From: an uncultured Pseudomonadota bacterium
GTDB taxonomy: Bacteria > Myxococcota_A > Polyangia > Fen-1088
Assembly: GCA_963831685.1 (NCBI GenBank)
Contig: CAWHRJ010000014.1
Location: forward strand, 94,612-158,611
Direction of reading: 5' to 3'
Length of the DNA: 64,000 bases
The translations under genes were made by a program, and so were the position numbers. Shown in pieces: positions 1 through 10,902 of this stretch (position 1 is its first letter; every line of letters begins with the position of its first letter). Below the pieces are notes generated by a model, which was not told the DNA's origin, searched no databases, and saw only the letters and a program-made list of their open reading frames with translations.

Positions 1-6
1 TTTCCG

Positions 7-399
7 ATGGAGCTGGTCGACACGAACGTCCTCGGCGAGCTCTCGCGGAAGCGCCCGCATCCTGGCGTGTTGGCCTGGGCTGCGACGGTTCGACGGGTCG
101 CCCTCAGTGTCATCACCGTCGAGGAGGTACTTTTCGGCCTGGCCCGGCATCCGATCGAACGGGTTGGGACCTGGTTCAATCAATTCCTGGCGCGCCACTG
201 TGAGGTTCTCGACATCACCAAGCCGATCGCCGTTCTGGCCGGTACCCTGCGCCGCCAGCTGGCGTCCCGGGGGCAGGTGCGTACCCAGGCGGACATCCTG
301 ATCGCCGCCACGGCGGCGCACCATGGCCTCACGCTGGTCACGCGCAACGTCCGCGATTTCGACGGGTGCGGTGTCCAGGTCCTCGACCCGTTCAGATAG
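7..399 (+). CDS. vapC: PIN-domain ribonuclease toxin, VapC/FitB family (type II TA toxin)
   Basis: 130-aa ORF starting MELVDTNVLGEL. Conserved acidic D/E positions and a C-terminal TRNVRDF motif are typical of FitB-like VapC PIN nucleases. The cognate antitoxin would lie upstream, outside the window. Confidence 0.65.
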   Translation: MELVDTNVLGELSRKRPHPGVLAWAATVRRVALSVITVEEVLFGLARHPIERVGTWFNQFLARHCEVLDITKPIAVLAGTLRRQLASRGQVRTQADILIAATAAHHGLTLVTRNVRDFDGCGVQVLDPFR

Positions 400-473
400 G
401 CGCGGCGCGAGGTCGACGGGCCGGACCCTGACCCTTTCCGGTGGTCCCCCGATGTGTCAGGCTGATAAAGGCC

Positions 474-830
474 ATGGCTGGCGGCCACTCACTGATGCTC
501 GAGACCTTGCTTCGCCGCTCGGAGGCGGCGAAGCGGGAGGCAGCCGCGCATGCTGCCGCCGTTCGCGCCGAGGTCGTCGCCATCGTTCGCGATCGGTTAC
601 CGACCGGCGGGCGGGCTTGGCTCATCGGATCGCTGGCGTGGGGGGAGTTCGGCGTGCGCAGCGACGTGGATTTGGTGTTCGACGGCGTCGACACGCATCA
701 CTTGATGGAGATCGAGAGCGCGGTCGCGCGGGCGGCCGACGCGCCGGTCGACGTCCTTCGGCTGGGCGATCTGCCCGCCTCGTTCCAGGCCAGAGTAGAG
801 CTGGAAGGGTTGGTGATCCGTGGTCCGTGA
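474..830 (+). CDS. Minimal nucleotidyltransferase (MNT) antitoxin of an MNT-HEPN toxin-antitoxin pair
   Basis: GSLAWGEFGVRSDVDLVF matches the GS-x(9-13)-DxD nucleotidyltransferase-fold motif. ATG at 474, inside an ORF that opens with GTG at 441. Overlaps the downstream HEPN gene by 11 nt. Confidence 0.65.
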   Translation: MAGGHSLMLETLLRRSEAAKREAAAHAAAVRAEVVAIVRDRLPTGGRAWLIGSLAWGEFGVRSDVDLVFDGVDTHHLMEIESAVARAADAPVDVLRLGDLPASFQARVELEGLVIRGP

Positions 831-1341
831 CCCGGGCGTCTTGGTCCGGATGCGACGTCTGCAAGCAGAGATCGCGGTCGACGCTGCGGCTCTGAAGGAT
901 CGGGAGCGAGAGGCCCGCGATCTGACCATCCGGTGGGACGCGGTTGGATCGATCGGTAGACCTGAGTTAGCCCTGCTCGCCGTCAACTTGCACGCTTGGT
1001 ACACGGCGCTCGAATCCTTGCTCGAGCGGGTGGCGCGTCTCCTGGATCAGTCGGTTCCCACCGGATCATCTTGGCATAGCGATCTGATCGACCAAATGCG
1101 GATCGACCTTCCGGGCCTCCGGTCGGCGCTCGTCCCGGCAGACACCGTTGCGTCGCTTTACGAGCTCCGGAAGTTCCGCCACTTTTTTCGAAACGCCTAC
1201 GCACTGGATCTCGATCTCGCGAAGGTCCGGGCGCGCGTACGCGATCTCGAAACCGTCGCGCCTTCGGTGATCGAAACGCTCGATCGCTTCGCCGCCGAGC
1301 TGACTGTGGCGATTCAGGAGCTGATAGACGTCAGCCGCTGA
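820..1341 (+). CDS. HEPN-domain protein (toxin partner of the MNT antitoxin)
   Basis: 173 aa, all-alpha. The R-x4-H HEPN motif is present as RKFRHFFRNAY. Sits immediately downstream of and overlapping the MNT gene, in the canonical MNT-HEPN order. Confidence 0.6.
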   Translation: MVRDPGVLVRMRRLQAEIAVDAAALKDREREARDLTIRWDAVGSIGRPELALLAVNLHAWYTALESLLERVARLLDQSVPTGSSWHSDLIDQMRIDLPGLRSALVPADTVASLYELRKFRHFFRNAYALDLDLAKVRARVRDLETVAPSVIETLDRFAAELTVAIQELIDVSR

Positions 1342-3964
1342 CGCGGAGCATGTCGTTGAGGACGCCGGCCGCGGTGACGGCCGGTCCGGCGCCGGGGCCG
1401 GTGATGACCAGCGGGTTCTTGCGGTAGCGCGAGGTGGTGAAGGCGACCTGGTTGTCGGTCCCCTTGAGGCCATAGAACGGGCTCGCGCGGTCGACGACGC
1501 GCAGGCTGACGGAGATGCGCTCCCTGGTGACGGAGGCGACGTAGCGAAGGGTGGCGCCCTTGGCCTTGGCGGCGGCGGCGCGGCGCGACCAGTCGGCGTC
1601 GAGGTCGCCGAGCCGCGCGATGAACGCTGCCGGCGGCAGCGACTTCATTGCCACCGGGACCAGCGACTCGACGGCGACGTCGTCGGGCTCTCCGGCGAAG
1701 GCCAGCAGGCGGCCCAGGATCAGCGCCTTGCGGCCGACGTCGATGCCCGACAGATCGTCGCGCGGATCGGGCTCGGTGTAGCCGAGCTCCATCGCCCGGC
1801 GGATCGCCGCCGAGAACGAGCGCCCCTTCTCCACCTCGGTCAGCACGAAGCCGAGCGTCCCCGAGAGGCAGCCTTCGATCTTGAGGACGCGGTCGCCCGA
1901 CTCGACCAGCTTGCGGTGGGTGTCGAAGATCGGCAGCCCGGCCCCGACGGTCGCCTCGGTCAGCAGGCGCCGGCCGGCGCTCGCGGCCAGCGCGGCCAGC
2001 GCCTCGCTCTCGGCGCGCGGGCCGGAGATCGGCCGCTTGTTGGCGAGCACGACGTCCATCCCGGCGCCCAGCGCCTGGCGGATGAGCGGCGTGCTCTCGT
2101 CGGCGGTGACGTCGACCAGGATCGGATCGCCGAGGGCGTGCTCGGCCAGCGCCGCCAGCGCCTCGGCCGGCGCCGCCAGGCGGCCGCCCGGCCCGTCGGC
2201 CACCGACTTGCCCGCCAGCTTGGCCGCCGATAGCGCGGCGATCGTGCGCGGGGGCAGGCCGTTCGGATCGAACACGAAGCCGCGCCGGTCGATCGCCGCC
2301 ACCAGCCGCAGCTTGGACGAGACCTTCGACGGCATGTTCGACGACACCTTCGCCGTCCTGGCCGACGCCCGGGCCCCTTGCCCCTGGGCCATGATCTTGG
2401 CCAGCGCGCGGCCGATCTGTCCGAAGCCGAGCAGCACGGCGTCGGTGTGTGCGGCCCGCGTCGCCGCGCCGCCGCCGATCTTCGACAGCTGAAAGGCGCC
2501 GTGCACCGCGCGCTGCGCGGCGCCAGCGTCCTTGGCCGCCACCACGAACGAGATGTTCAGCTCCGAGGAACCCTGCGCGATGGCGACGATGTTGATCTTC
2601 GCCTCGGCCAGCGCCGAGAAGACGCGCGCCGCGATCCCGAGATGCCCGTGCATGCCGAGGCCGACCACCGCCACCGTCGCCAGGCCCGAGTGCGCCTCGA
2701 CGCCGTCGATCTCGCCGCGCGCGATCTGATCGCGGAACTCCTCCGTCAGCCGGTGGCGCGCGCGCCGTGCGGCCCCCTCGGGGACCGAGAAGCAGATCGA
2801 CTGCTCCGATGACGACTGCGAGATGAGCGAGACGCTGATCCCCTCGCGGTGCAGCGCCTCGAACGTGCGCGCCGCGATCCCCGGCACGCCCAGCATTCCG
2901 TTCCCGGCGACGGTGAGCAGCGCCTGCCCGCCGACCGCCGAGAGCGCCTTGACCGGGTAGCGGTCGAGCGTGTGGCGGGCCGAGATCTCGGTGCCGGCGG
3001 CGGTGGCGTCGGCAAACGGGCGGACGAACACCGGGATGGCGCGCCCGGCGACCGGGATGAGCGCGCGCGGATGCAGCACCTTGGCGCCGAAGTAAGCGAG
3101 CTCCGCCGCCTCGCGCACGTGCAGCTGCGGGATGACGCGCGCGTCGGGCACCACGCGCGGGTCGGCGGTGAGCAGCCCGGGAACGTCCTTCCAGAGCGAG
3201 ACCTCGCGGGCCGACAGCGCGCGCCCGAGCAGCGTGGCGGTCAGATCGGTACCGCCGCGCCCGAGCGTCGCGACGCCGACTGCCCGCCGGTCGTCGCCGT
3301 GCGCGTGGTGGTGCGCGTGGTCGCCGTCCTTCTCCTCGACGTTGGCCGCGCCGATGAACCCGGGGACGACCGGAATGATCCCCGCCGCGCAGAGCGGGCG
3401 CAGCACCTTGCGCGCGGCCATGTCGGTCAGCATCAGGTTGGGCGAGGCGCTGCCGAACGGACCGTCGGTGAAGACGATCTCGGTCGCGTCGACGTAACGC
3501 CCGCGCAGGCCGCCGGCGGAGAGCGCCGCGGCCAGGAGACGCGCCGACAGTCGCTCGCCGCGGCTGACGATGAAGTCGCGCGTTCGCGCGGTCAGCTCCT
3601 TGAGCACCGCCAGGCTGGAGAGCAGCCGCTCGAGCTCGTCCATCGAGCGCGCGATCTCGCCGGCGGTCTCCTTGGTCCCGCGCGCGGCGGCGCCGCTCAG
3701 GATGCCGAGGTAGCGCGCGCGCAGCGCGGCGACCTCCTTGGCGCCGCTCTCGCCGTCGCCGGCCGCCGCCCGCGTCGCCAGCCCCAGCAGCGTGTCGGTC
3801 ACCCCCGCGGGGGCCGACACGACGACCACGCGCGGCTGGTTCCGCGTCCTGACGATCTCCACCACCCGCCGGAACGCCGCCGCGTCCGCCAGCGACGCGC
3901 CGCCGAACTTGTGAATCTCGATGCCCAGCTTGCGCGCGTTCGGGAAGACCTTCTTCGGGCTCAT
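1331..3964 (-). CDS. thrA: Bifunctional aspartokinase / homoserine dehydrogenase
   Basis: N-terminal aspartokinase with the KFGGASL glycine loop, two ACT regions, and a C-terminal NAD-binding homoserine dehydrogenase (GFGQIGRAL, LANKRPISG). The start was placed at the internal ATG giving MSPKKVFPN. The longer ORF (1331..4117) extends upstream into non-homologous sequence. Confidence 0.85.
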   Translation of the reverse strand: MSPKKVFPNARKLGIEIHKFGGASLADAAAFRRVVEIVRTRNQPRVVVVSAPAGVTDTLLGLATRAAAGDGESGAKEVAALRARYLGILSGAAARGTKETAGEIARSMDELERLLSSLAVLKELTARTRDFIVSRGERLSARLLAAALSAGGLRGRYVDATEIVFTDGPFGSASPNLMLTDMAARKVLRPLCAAGIIPVVPGFIGAANVEEKDGDHAHHHAHGDDRRAVGVATLGRGGTDLTATLLGRALSAREVSLWKDVPGLLTADPRVVPDARVIPQLHVREAAELAYFGAKVLHPRALIPVAGRAIPVFVRPFADATAAGTEISARHTLDRYPVKALSAVGGQALLTVAGNGMLGVPGIAARTFEALHREGISVSLISQSSSEQSICFSVPEGAARRARHRLTEEFRDQIARGEIDGVEAHSGLATVAVVGLGMHGHLGIAARVFSALAEAKINIVAIAQGSSELNISFVVAAKDAGAAQRAVHGAFQLSKIGGGAATRAAHTDAVLLGFGQIGRALAKIMAQGQGARASARTAKVSSNMPSKVSSKLRLVAAIDRRGFVFDPNGLPPRTIAALSAAKLAGKSVADGPGGRLAAPAEALAALAEHALGDPILVDVTADESTPLIRQALGAGMDVVLANKRPISGPRAESEALAALAASAGRRLLTEATVGAGLPIFDTHRKLVESGDRVLKIEGCLSGTLGFVLTEVEKGRSFSAAIRRAMELGYTEPDPRDDLSGIDVGRKALILGRLLAFAGEPDDVAVESLVPVAMKSLPPAAFIARLGDLDADWSRRAAAAKAKGATLRYVASVTRERISVSLRVVDRASPFYGLKGTDNQVAFTTSRYRKNPLVITGPGAGPAVTAAGVLNDMLRVSG

Positions 3965-3992
3965 CTCGAGGGGAAGATGTATCAGGATCGCG

Positions 3993-4032
3993 CCGGGTTC
4001 GGAACCCGTCGCGGGTTCCGTCCCGGGTTCCG
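3993..4032. promoter_or_regulatory. Direct repeats of GGGTTC(C/G)G plus a CGGGTTCGGAACCCG palindrome in the thrA/thrC divergent intergenic region
   Basis: Three copies of GGGTTCCG/GGGTTCGG at 3995, 4013 and 4025, inside the 76-bp divergent promoter region. Candidate regulator-binding array. Confidence 0.3.
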
Positions 4033-4040
4033 GGTAAGAT

Positions 4041-5378
4041 ATGTTCCTCCCAATGTCCCGCTCCAGCTTCCGCTGCATCAACGGCTGCCACGGCGAGTAC
4101 GCCCTCGACGAGATCATCTACAAGTGCCCGAAATGCGGAGACCTCCTGGAGGTGGTCCACGACATGGAGGCGCTCAAGGCCCGCAGCGCCGCCGCCTGGA
4201 TCAAGCTCTTCGACGAGCGCTACCTGCGCACCACCTGGCCGTACGGGTCGGGCGTCTGGGGGAAGAAGGAGTGGGTCCAGCCGCACATCCGCGACGAGAA
4301 CGTCGTTTCGATGCTCGAGGGGGGCACCAATCTCCTGTGGGCCGAACGCTACGGGCGCGAGCTCGGCGTCGGGGATCTGTGGGTCAAGCAGTGCGGCGTC
4401 TCGCACACCGGCTCGTTCAAGGACCTCGGGATGACGGTGCTGGTCTCGACCGTCAAGCAGATGATCGCCGACGGCAAGCCGCTGCGCGCCGTCGCCTGCG
4501 CCTCGACCGGCGACACCTCGGCGGCGCTGGCCGCCTACGCCGCGGCCGCCGGCATCCGCGCGATGGTGATCCTCCCGCGCGGCAAGGTCTCGACCGCGCA
4601 GCTGGTTCAGCCGCTGGCCAACGGCGCGGTCGTTCTGGCGGTGGACGGCGACTTCGACGACTGCATGGCGATGGTCAAGCGGCTGGCCGAGGAAGAGGGC
4701 GTCTACCTGGCCAACAGCATGAACAGCCTGCGGATCGAGGGGCAGAAGACCGTGGCCGTCGAGATGGTGCAGCAGTTCGACTGGGAGGTCCCCGACTGGG
4801 TGATCATTCCGGGAGGCAACCTCGGCAACGTGAGCGCGCTCGGCGCGGGGTTTCTCATGATGAAGGAGCTGGGGCTCATCCAGAAGCTGCCGCGCATCTG
4901 CGTCGCCCAGGCCCAGGCGGCCAACCCGCTCTACCGCGCCTACAAAGACGGGTGGGACAAGTTCAAGGCGATGACCGCGCAGCCGACGCTCGCCTCGGCC
5001 ATCCAGATCGGCAACCCAGTCAGCGTGAAGAAGGCGATCCGGACGATCGAGAAGTTCGAGGGCGTCGTCGAGGAGGCGAGCGAGGCCGAGCTGGCCGACG
5101 CCGCCGCGCGCGCCGACCGGACGGGGCTCTTCAACTGCCCGCACACCGGCGTGGCGCTGGCGGCCCTGGAGAAGCTGATCGCGCGGCGCGAGATCAAGGC
5201 GACCGACCGCGCCGTGGTGGTCAGCACCGCCAACGGCCTCAAGTTCACCGACTTCAAGGTCCAGTACCACGACGGGAAGCTGCCCGCCGTCCCGAACCCC
5301 CGCTACGCCAATCAGCCCGTCTTGCTGCCGAACGACTACGTCGCCGTCCGCGACGAGGTCCGCCGGCGGCTGGACTGA
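4041..5378 (+). CDS. thrC: Threonine synthase with an N-terminal zinc-ribbon extension
   Basis: 445 aa. N-terminal C-x2-C...C-x2-C ribbon. PLP-fold with the SFKDLG lysine motif. Strong family-level match to ThrC. Confidence 0.9.
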   Translation: MFLPMSRSSFRCINGCHGEYALDEIIYKCPKCGDLLEVVHDMEALKARSAAAWIKLFDERYLRTTWPYGSGVWGKKEWVQPHIRDENVVSMLEGGTNLLWAERYGRELGVGDLWVKQCGVSHTGSFKDLGMTVLVSTVKQMIADGKPLRAVACASTGDTSAALAAYAAAAGIRAMVILPRGKVSTAQLVQPLANGAVVLAVDGDFDDCMAMVKRLAEEEGVYLANSMNSLRIEGQKTVAVEMVQQFDWEVPDWVIIPGGNLGNVSALGAGFLMMKELGLIQKLPRICVAQAQAANPLYRAYKDGWDKFKAMTAQPTLASAIQIGNPVSVKKAIRTIEKFEGVVEEASEAELADAAARADRTGLFNCPHTGVALAALEKLIARREIKATDRAVVVSTANGLKFTDFKVQYHDGKLPAVPNPRYANQPVLLPNDYVAVRDEVRRRLD

Positions 5379-5434
5379 GCCCCGGTTGGTCGGCGCCCAT
5401 CGGGCACGGCCCGGTCGGCGAGCGCTCCGATCCG

Positions 5435-5866
5435 CTACGAGGCGAGGACGTTGCGCCAGCGCAGCTTGGGGAAGCGGGCGAATCCGCCATCGGCAGTCCA
5501 CCACTCGCATCCATGCTCGATAGCGAGGGCGGCGAGGTACGCGTCGGTCGTGTCCGGCCCGTGGCTGCCGGTCGAGATGACCAAATCACGAAACAGGCGG
5601 AAGTGCCGCGGTCCCGGCAGGACGTTGACCGCGTTTGGGTGCTCCCGGATCGCTTCCACGAATTCGAACGCGCGCTCCACGGTCGCGGGTTTCTTCCAGA
5701 CGCGCGGGTTGGTGGCGATGCGAACGACTGCCGCCAGCACCAGCTCGGAGCACGCGAAGCTGCGGCCACCATCGAGTAGCTCTTCGACCAGGTCTCGGCA
5801 GATCCGGTGATGCGGGGACTCGGCCATACCCGCGCCCAGGATGACGTTGACGTCGCAGAGAACCAT
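5435..5866 (-). CDS. vapC: PIN-domain toxin VapC
   Basis: 143 aa. N-terminal MVLCDVNVIL and conserved acidic residues of the PIN fold. Lies directly downstream of a small antitoxin-like ORF with a 9-bp gap. Confidence 0.75.
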   Translation of the reverse strand: MVLCDVNVILGAGMAESPHHRICRDLVEELLDGGRSFACSELVLAAVVRIATNPRVWKKPATVERAFEFVEAIREHPNAVNVLPGPRHFRLFRDLVISTGSHGPDTTDAYLAALAIEHGCEWWTADGGFARFPKLRWRNVLAS

Positions 5867-5875
5867 CGCGCCTGT

Positions 5876-6106
5876 TCACCGCTCGAGCAGATCGCTGGTG
5901 TCGGTGAGATCGATGCCAGGGCGCGGCGCTCCGCCATCCATCGTCGGCAAGCGGAACGGTTTCCTCGGTTTTTCTGGGGACGATTCCGCCGCCAGATAGT
6001 GCCGCAGGCTGTCTTCGACCAAGCCGGCCAGGCTCATCCGCCTTCGCGCCGCAAGCTGCTTGGCTTCGACCAGAACGTGGTCGGCGATGTCCAGCGTGGT
6101 TCTCAT
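5876..6106 (-). CDS. vapB: VapB-family antitoxin
   Basis: 76 aa starting [19 protein letters not shown], typical of VapB antitoxins. Sits immediately upstream of the PIN gene. Confidence 0.7.
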   Translation of the reverse strand: MRTTLDIADHVLVEAKQLAARRRMSLAGLVEDSLRHYLAAESSPEKPRKPFRLPTMDGGAPRPGIDLTDTSDLLER

Positions 6107-6258
6107 GCATAAATATGACTCTTAAATATGTCTCCAGTCAACCGGCGGCGAAGCCGGGCGGCATCGGGCCCCGCAGCGCGTACCAGTTACCCCTGGACGT
6201 GGAACGCCTACAGCGTGCTACAGTGAGCCGTTTGGCAATATTCCCGGAAGTCGCGGAC

Positions 6259-9200
6259 ATGAAAGAGCAACTCGGCCCAGCGCGTCAAGGTTTGTATGAC
6301 CCTCAGCACGAGCACGACTCCTGCGGAGTCGGCTTCGTCGTCGATCTGAAGGGACGCAAGTCGCGGAAGATCGTCCAGGACGGCATCCAGATCCTGCTCA
6401 ATCTGGAACACCGCGGTGCCTGTGGCGCGGAGAAGAACACCGGCGACGGTGCCGGCATTCTCATCCAGATTCCGCACACGTTCCTGGCCACCGCCTGCGC
6501 GGAGGCCAAGGGACGGATCACGCTTCCGTCGGCCGGCCAGTACGGCGTCGGCATGGTTTTCCTGCCCAGTGATCCCGGCAGCCGCGCCGCCTGCGAGCAC
6601 CTGTTCGAGAAGGTGGTCCGCGACGAGGGTCAGCGGGTGCTCGGCTGGCGCGAGGTCCCGGTCGACAGCCGGATGCTGGGGCCGACCGCGCGGCGGTCGC
6701 AGCCGGTCATCAAGCAGCTGTTCGTCGCCCGACAGGCATCTATCAAGGAGGACGACGCCTTCGAGCGGAAGCTGTACGTCATCCGCCGGCGCGCGCGCCA
6801 CGCCGTCCGCCGGCTGGAGATCCCCGAGAAGGCCAGCTTCTACATCGCCAGCTTCTCGTCGCGGACGATCGTCTACAAGGGGATGCTCAACTGCGACCAG
6901 CTGACCGCGTTCTACCTCGACCTGCAGGACGAGCGGGTCGAGTCGGCGCTGGCGCTGGTCCACTCGCGCTTCTCGACCAACACCTTCCCAAACTGGTCGC
7001 GCGCGCATCCCTATCGGATGGTCGCGCACAACGGCGAGATCAACACGCTGCGCGGCAACGTCAACTGGATGCACGCGCGCGAGAGCATGTTCGCCTCGAA
7101 GCTGTTCGGCGACGACTTGCAGAAGTGCATCCCGGTCATCGATACCGAGGGGTCGGACTCGGGGATGTTCGACAACGCCCTCGAGCTGCTCGTTCTCGCC
7201 GGGCGGTCGCTGCCGCACGCCATGATGATGATGATCCCCGAGCCGTGGTCGAACCACGAGTCGATGCCGCGCGCCCGCAAGGACTTCTACGAGTTCCACG
7301 GCTGCCTGATGGAGCCCTGGGACGGCCCGGCGTCGGTGGCCTTCACCGACGGGATCCGGATCGGCGCCACGCTCGACCGCAACGGCCTGCGCCCCTCGCG
7401 CTACTACGTCACGAAGGACGACGTCGTGGTGATGGCGTCGGAGGTCGGCGTGCTCGACATCCCGCCCGAGCGCATCCTCGAGAAGGGGCGCCTGCAGCCG
7501 GGGCGCATGTTCCTGGTCGATACCTCCGAGGGACGGATCATCGGCGACGACGAGATCAAGGACCAGATGGCCGCCGCCGCACCGTACGGCCAGTGGCTGA
7601 AGGAGAACCTGATCTCGCTCGCCGAGCTGCCGCCGCCGCCGTCGGTGATCGAGCCCGACCACGAGACGGTGCTGCGCCGCCAGGAGGCGTTCGGCTACAC
7701 GACGGAGGACCTCAAGGTGCTGGTGGCGCCGATGGCCATCGACGGCGTCGAGCCCAACGGCTCGATGGGGACCGACACGCCGCTGGCGGTGCTGTCGAAC
7801 AAGCCGCAGCTGCTCTACAGCTATTTCAAGCAGCTGTTCGCGCAGGTGACCAACCCGCCCGTCGACGCCATCCGCGAAGAGATCATCATGGCGGTCGACA
7901 CCGCGATCGGCCCCGAGGGGAACCTGCTCGAGCCGACGCCGGCCTCGGCGCGCCAGATCGGGCTGCCCACGCCGGTGCTCCGCAACGAGGAGCTCGAGAA
8001 GCTGCGCAACCTCGACGGTGGCGCCCAGGCGCACGGCTTCAAGAGCATCACGCTGCCGGCGCTCTACGACGTGGCGGCCGGCGGCGCGGGCCTGCGCGCG
8101 GGGATCGAGACGCTGCGCGCGGCGGCCAGCCGGGCCATCGCCGACGGGAACAACATCGTCATTCTTTCCGACCGCGGCCATGACCGCACGCGGGCGCCGA
8201 TTCCGGCGTTGCTGGCGGTCGCGTCAGTTCAACACCACCTCTTGCGCGAAGGGTCGCGCACGCGCGTCGGCCTGGTGATGGAGAGCGGCGAGCCGCGCGA
8301 GGTACACCACTTCGCGCTGCTGCTCGGCTACGGCGCGAGCGCCATCAACCCGTACCTGGCCTTCGAGTCGCTGCACGACATGGCCAAGACGGGCCTTCTG
8401 CCGGGCGACCCCGAAAAGGCCGAGCTGAAGTACGTCAAGGCCGTCGGCAAGGGGATCGTGAAGGTCTGCTCGAAGATGGGGATCTCGACCATCCAGAGCT
8501 ATCACGGGGCGCAGGTGTTCGAGGCGATCGGCTTGAACCAGCCGTTCATCGACGAGTACTTCACCTGGACCGCCTCGCGCGTCGAGGGGATCGGCATCGA
8601 CGAAGTCGCCGACGAGGTCCGCCAGCGACACCTGCGCGCCTTTCCCGAGCGCCCGCTCCCCGAGGACAGCCTGGATCCGGGCGGCCAGTACCAGTACCGC
8701 CGCAACGGCGAGTTTCACCTCTTCAACCCGGAGAGCATCCACAAGCTGCAGCTCGCCTGCCGCACCGGCGACTTCAAGGTGTTCAAGGAGTACTCGCGCC
8801 TCATCGACGATCAGTCGCGGCACCTCTGTACGCTGCGCGGTCTGATGGACATCACGTCGACGCGCAAGCCGGTGCCGATCGAAGAGGTGGAGCCGATCGA
8901 GGCGATTCTCAAGCGGTTCAAGACCGGCGCCATGTCGTACGGATCGATCAGCAAGGAGGCGCACGAGACGCTGGCGATCGCGATGAACCGCATCGGCGGC
9001 AAGAGCAATACGGGCGAGGGGGGTGAGGACCCCGCGCGCTTCGTCCCCGACGCCAACGGCGACTCGCGCCGGAGCCGGATCAAGCAGGTCGCCTCCGGCC
9101 GCTTCGGCGTCACCAGCAACTACCTGGTCAACGCCGACGAGATTCAGATCAAGATGGCCCAGGGCGCGAAGCCGGGCGAGGGCGGGCAGCTCCCCGGCAA

Positions 9201-10885
9201 GAAGGTCTATCCCTGGATCGCCAAGGTCCGCTACTCGACGCCGGGCGTGGGCCTGATTTCGCCGCCGCCCCACCACGACATCTACTCGATCGAGGATCTG
9301 GCGCAGCTGATTCACGACCTCAAGAACGCCAACCCGCGCGCGCGCATCAGCGTGAAGCTGGTGGCCGAGGTCGGCGTCGGGACCATCGCGGCCGGCGTCG
9401 CCAAGGCGCACGCCGATCTGGTGCTCATCAGCGGGCACGACGGCGGGACGGGCGCGTCGCCGCTCACCAGCCTCAAGCACGCCGGTGTCCCCTGGGAGCT
9501 CGGCCTGGCCGAGGCGCACCAGGTGCTGGTGCTCAACAACCTGCGCAGCCGGATCGTCGTCGAGACCGACGGGCAGCTCAAGACGGGCCGCGACGTGGTC
9601 ATCGGCGCGCTGCTTGGGCGCGGAGGAGTTCGGTTTCTCGACCGCGCCGCTGGTCGCCGTCGGTTGCGTCATGATGCGGGTCTGTCACCTCAACACCTGC
9701 CCGGTGGGCGTGGCGACGCAGGACCCCAAGCTGCGCAAGAAGTTCACCGGCAAGCCCGAGCACGTCGGTCAACTTCATGCGCTTCATCGCGCAGGAGGTG
9801 CGCGAGCTCATGGCGCAGCTCGGCTTCCGCACGATGAACGAGATGATCGGCCACACCGAGCACCTCGAGATGAAGCCGGCCGTCGACCACTGGAAGGCGC
9901 GCGGGCTCGACTTCTCGAAGATCCTCTACCAGCCGCACGCGGGCCCCGAGGTCGGGCGCTACAGGACGCTCGACCAGGATCACGCCCTCGAGCAGTCGCT
10001 GGACATGACGCACCATCCTGCCGCTCTGCGAGCCGGCCATCGCGCGCGGCGAGAAGGTCGTCGCCGACCTGCCGATTCGCAACGTCAACCGCGTCGTCGG
10101 CACGATCACCGGCAGCGAGGTGACGCGCAAGTACGGCCCGGACGGCCTGCCCGCCGACACGATCAAGCTCAAGTTCCACGGCTCGGCCGGCCAGAGCTTC
10201 GGCGGCGTTCATCCCGCGCGGCATGACGCTGACGCTGGAGGGCGACGCCAACGACTACGTCGGCAAGGGTCTGTCGGGCGGCACGGTCGTCGTCTATCCG
10301 CCGAAGGAAGCCACCTTCGTCGCCGAGGAGAACATCCTCATCGGCAACGTCGCGCTCTACGGCGCGACGAGCGGCGAGGCCTTCTTCCGCGGCGTCGCCG
10401 GCGAACGGTTCGCCGTGCGCAACAGCGGCGCCGCGCCGGTCGTCGAGGGCGTGGGCGACCACGGCTGCGAGTACATGACCGGCGGCCGCGTCGTCATCCT
10501 CGGCGGCCACGGGCCGCAACTTCGCGGCCGGCATGTCGGGCGGCGTCGCCTACGTCCTCGACGAGAGCGCAGACCTTCGCCACGCACTGCAACAAGGAGA
10601 TGGTCGGCCTCGGCAAGCTCAAGTGAGGATCCCGAGGAGGCCAAGCTGGTCCACGGGCTCATCCTGCGCCACGCGCGAGCGACACGGGCAGCAAGCGCGC
10701 CGCGGAGATCGGCGCCAACTGGAAGCAGGTGCTGCCGTTCTTCGTGCGCGTGATGCCCAACGACTACAAGCGCGTGCTCGAAGCGCAGAAGAAGATGCTC
10801 GAGACCGGTCTCTCGCAGGAGGAGGCCGAGATGGCCGCCTTCGAGCTGAACTCACAGGACACTCGCGCGCCTCGGTGGCAAGTAG
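6259..10885 (+). CDS. gltB: Glutamate synthase large subunit; intact for about 1120 codons, then interrupted by at least 6 frameshifts in the C-terminal third
   Basis: N-terminal amidotransferase ([16 protein letters not shown], catalytic Cys after the initiator region), FMN and Fe-S regions, and a C-terminal GXGXG beta-helix. From about 9610 onward the homology continues in alternating frames (ORFs 9485.., 9777.., 10120.., 10223..). Expected end is ...LGGK* at 10883-10885. The start was placed at ATG 6259 ([11 protein letters not shown]...). Confidence 0.75.
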
Positions 10886-10902
10886 AAGAGAAGACATTTC
10901 GA

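Noticed and set aside
1314-5510. Very long ORFs antisense to or overlapping thrA/thrC (1314..5510 minus, 2849..5779 plus)
   Set aside because: Their translations are Arg/Gly/Ala-rich with no recognisable homology. This is typical of stop-codon-poor alternative frames in roughly 70% GC DNA, and the real thrA and thrC genes fully explain the region.
6106-6258. Possible sigma-54 (-24/-12) promoter upstream of gltB (TGGCAATATTCC...)
   Set aside because: A GG element is present but no properly spaced TTGC -12 element, so it was not called.
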